NCBI GenBank assembly: GCA_964428655.1
Contig: CAYRYE010000002.1
Location: 68,251 to 101,471 of the forward strand
Direction: 5' to 3'
From: an uncultured Gammaproteobacteria bacterium
GTDB lineage: Bacteria > Patescibacteriota > Microgenomatia > UBA12405 > JAHJSD01
Length of the DNA: 33,221 bases
A model generated the notes under the pieces. It searched no databases, was not told the origin of the DNA, and was given only the letters and a program-made list of their open reading frames with translations. The first letter of the stretch is position 1. Every line of letters starts with the position of its first letter. Position numbers and translations under genes: made by a program. Positions 32,595 to 33,221 of this stretch are shown here, one piece after another.

Positions 32595-33221
32595 ATGAAT
32601 CCAAAACCGCCATCCGAAAAGACAATGATTTTAACTTCAGATAATAAAAAATATCCGGATAGATTGCGAAGAATAGAACTAGTGCCGCCCAAGATCTATG
32701 TTAAAGGAAATGATTTTTCAATTTTTAAAAAACCGGCCATTGCTGTTGTTGGCAGTAGAAAGGCTTCTTACTATGGCCGCCAAACAACTAGAAAATTAGT
32801 CAGCCAATTAGTTAAAAAGGGTTTTGTTCTTGTCTCAGGCATGGCCCGAGGCATTGACAGCGTTGCTCATGCGACCGCCCTAGAGGCGGGTGGGCAAACA
32901 ATAGCTGTTCTGGGCTCAGGCATTGATGTTATTTATCCTCCAGAAAACAAAAATTTATATTTGAAAATAAACTTAATTATCTCCGAATTCCCGCCGGGAA
33001 CACCTCCTGAGCGGAAAAACTTTCTTATTCGCAACCGCATTATCGCTGGCTTAAGTGATGGTCTCTTGGTAGTAGAGGCGGCTAAAAGATCAGGTACTTT
33101 AAATACTGCCAAGTATGCCGCTGAACAAGGCAAAGAGGTTTTTGCTGTCCCTGGGCCAATTAACAGTCCACTCTCTGAGGGCACTGCTTGGCTAATCAAG
33201 CAGGGAGCGAAACTTGTTTAC
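32595..33221 (+). CDS. dprA: DNA-processing protein A (Smf), 3'-truncated by the window edge
   Basis: Hand-translated; it is absent from the ORF track because it has no stop in the window. Sequence includes KKYPDRLRRIELVPPKIYVKGN...AIAVVGSRKASYYG...VSGMARGIDSVAHATALEAGGQTIAVLGSGIDVIYPPEN...ISEFPPGTPPERKNFLIRNRIIAGLS...VVEAAKRSGTLNTAKYAAEQGKEVFAVPGPI. Confidence 0.9.
   Translation, partial: MNPKPPSEKTMILTSDNKKYPDRLRRIELVPPKIYVKGNDFSIFKKPAIAVVGSRKASYYGRQTTRKLVSQLVKKGFVLVSGMARGIDSVAHATALEAGGQTIAVLGSGIDVIYPPENKNLYLKINLIISEFPPGTPPERKNFLIRNRIIAGLSDGLLVVEAAKRSGTLNTAKYAAEQGKEVFAVPGPINSPLSEGTAWLIKQGAKLVY

Noticed and set aside
32933-33199. 88-aa minus-strand ORF in the ORF track.
   Set aside because: It is antisense to the clearly recognisable dprA reading frame, which runs off the window edge and so was not listed.
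1-33221. Scan for tRNA, rRNA, CRISPR arrays, IS elements or transposases, integrases and prophage genes.
   Set aside because: I saw no T-loop GGTTCGAATCC/GGTTCAAATCC-type sequences in the few non-coding gaps, no regularly spaced direct repeats, and no transposase, integrase or phage structural motifs in any ORF. This check was by eye only.

Overview
This is a 33.2-kb, very gene-dense, low-GC bacterial window. Lines I counted by hand gave 27-38% G+C. Intergenic spacers are tiny or negative. Together with a short EF-Ts, rpsB-tsf-frr without pyrH, many Wzy-like and GT-C-like membrane proteins and a sortase, this suggests a Candidate Phyla Radiation/Patescibacteria-type genome (inference only). 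Layout: (1) 62-9458 is a surface-glycan locus with an initiating sugar transferase, GT26, GT4, GT2, two O-antigen-ligase-like proteins, a YdjC-like deacetylase and large membrane proteins. (2) 9404-12585 holds a SAM methyltransferase and a PqqD-like / S24-S26-like peptidase-nucleotidyltransferase fusion / HprK-like kinase trio. One of the few long non-coding gaps next to it contains a promoter-equipped 48-codon ORF. (3) 12715-14094 is a secreted clan GH-A glycoside hydrolase. (4) 14095-24474 is one long minus-strand array: glgA-like, a kinase/2x cytidylyltransferase/HIT fusion, dCMP deaminase, a ThyA-like protein with extra domains, a Tmk fusion, gpsA-like, rpsB, tsf, frr and rseP. (5) 24526-25956 is a divergent sortase and LPEAG-substrate pair. 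(6) 25973-27060 is a sharp compositional island. It has a promoter with an operator-like palindrome, a ~378-nt ORF-free hairpin-rich leader, a ~60-75% GC gene for a membrane-anchored Cys-motif protein, GC-rich hairpins and a 74-nt T-free polypurine tract. (7) 27106-33221 holds a small membrane protein, two GT-C-like proteins, a HEPN-motif protein with a tiny membrane partner, and a 3'-truncated dprA. I found no rRNA, tRNA, CRISPR array, transposase, integrase or reverse transcriptase. The best candidates for something undescribed are the cyclase-free PqqD/peptidase-NTase/HprK-like module with its candidate peptide, and the high-GC island with its long structured leader. All family assignments come from motif recognition by eye. 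No searches were run.
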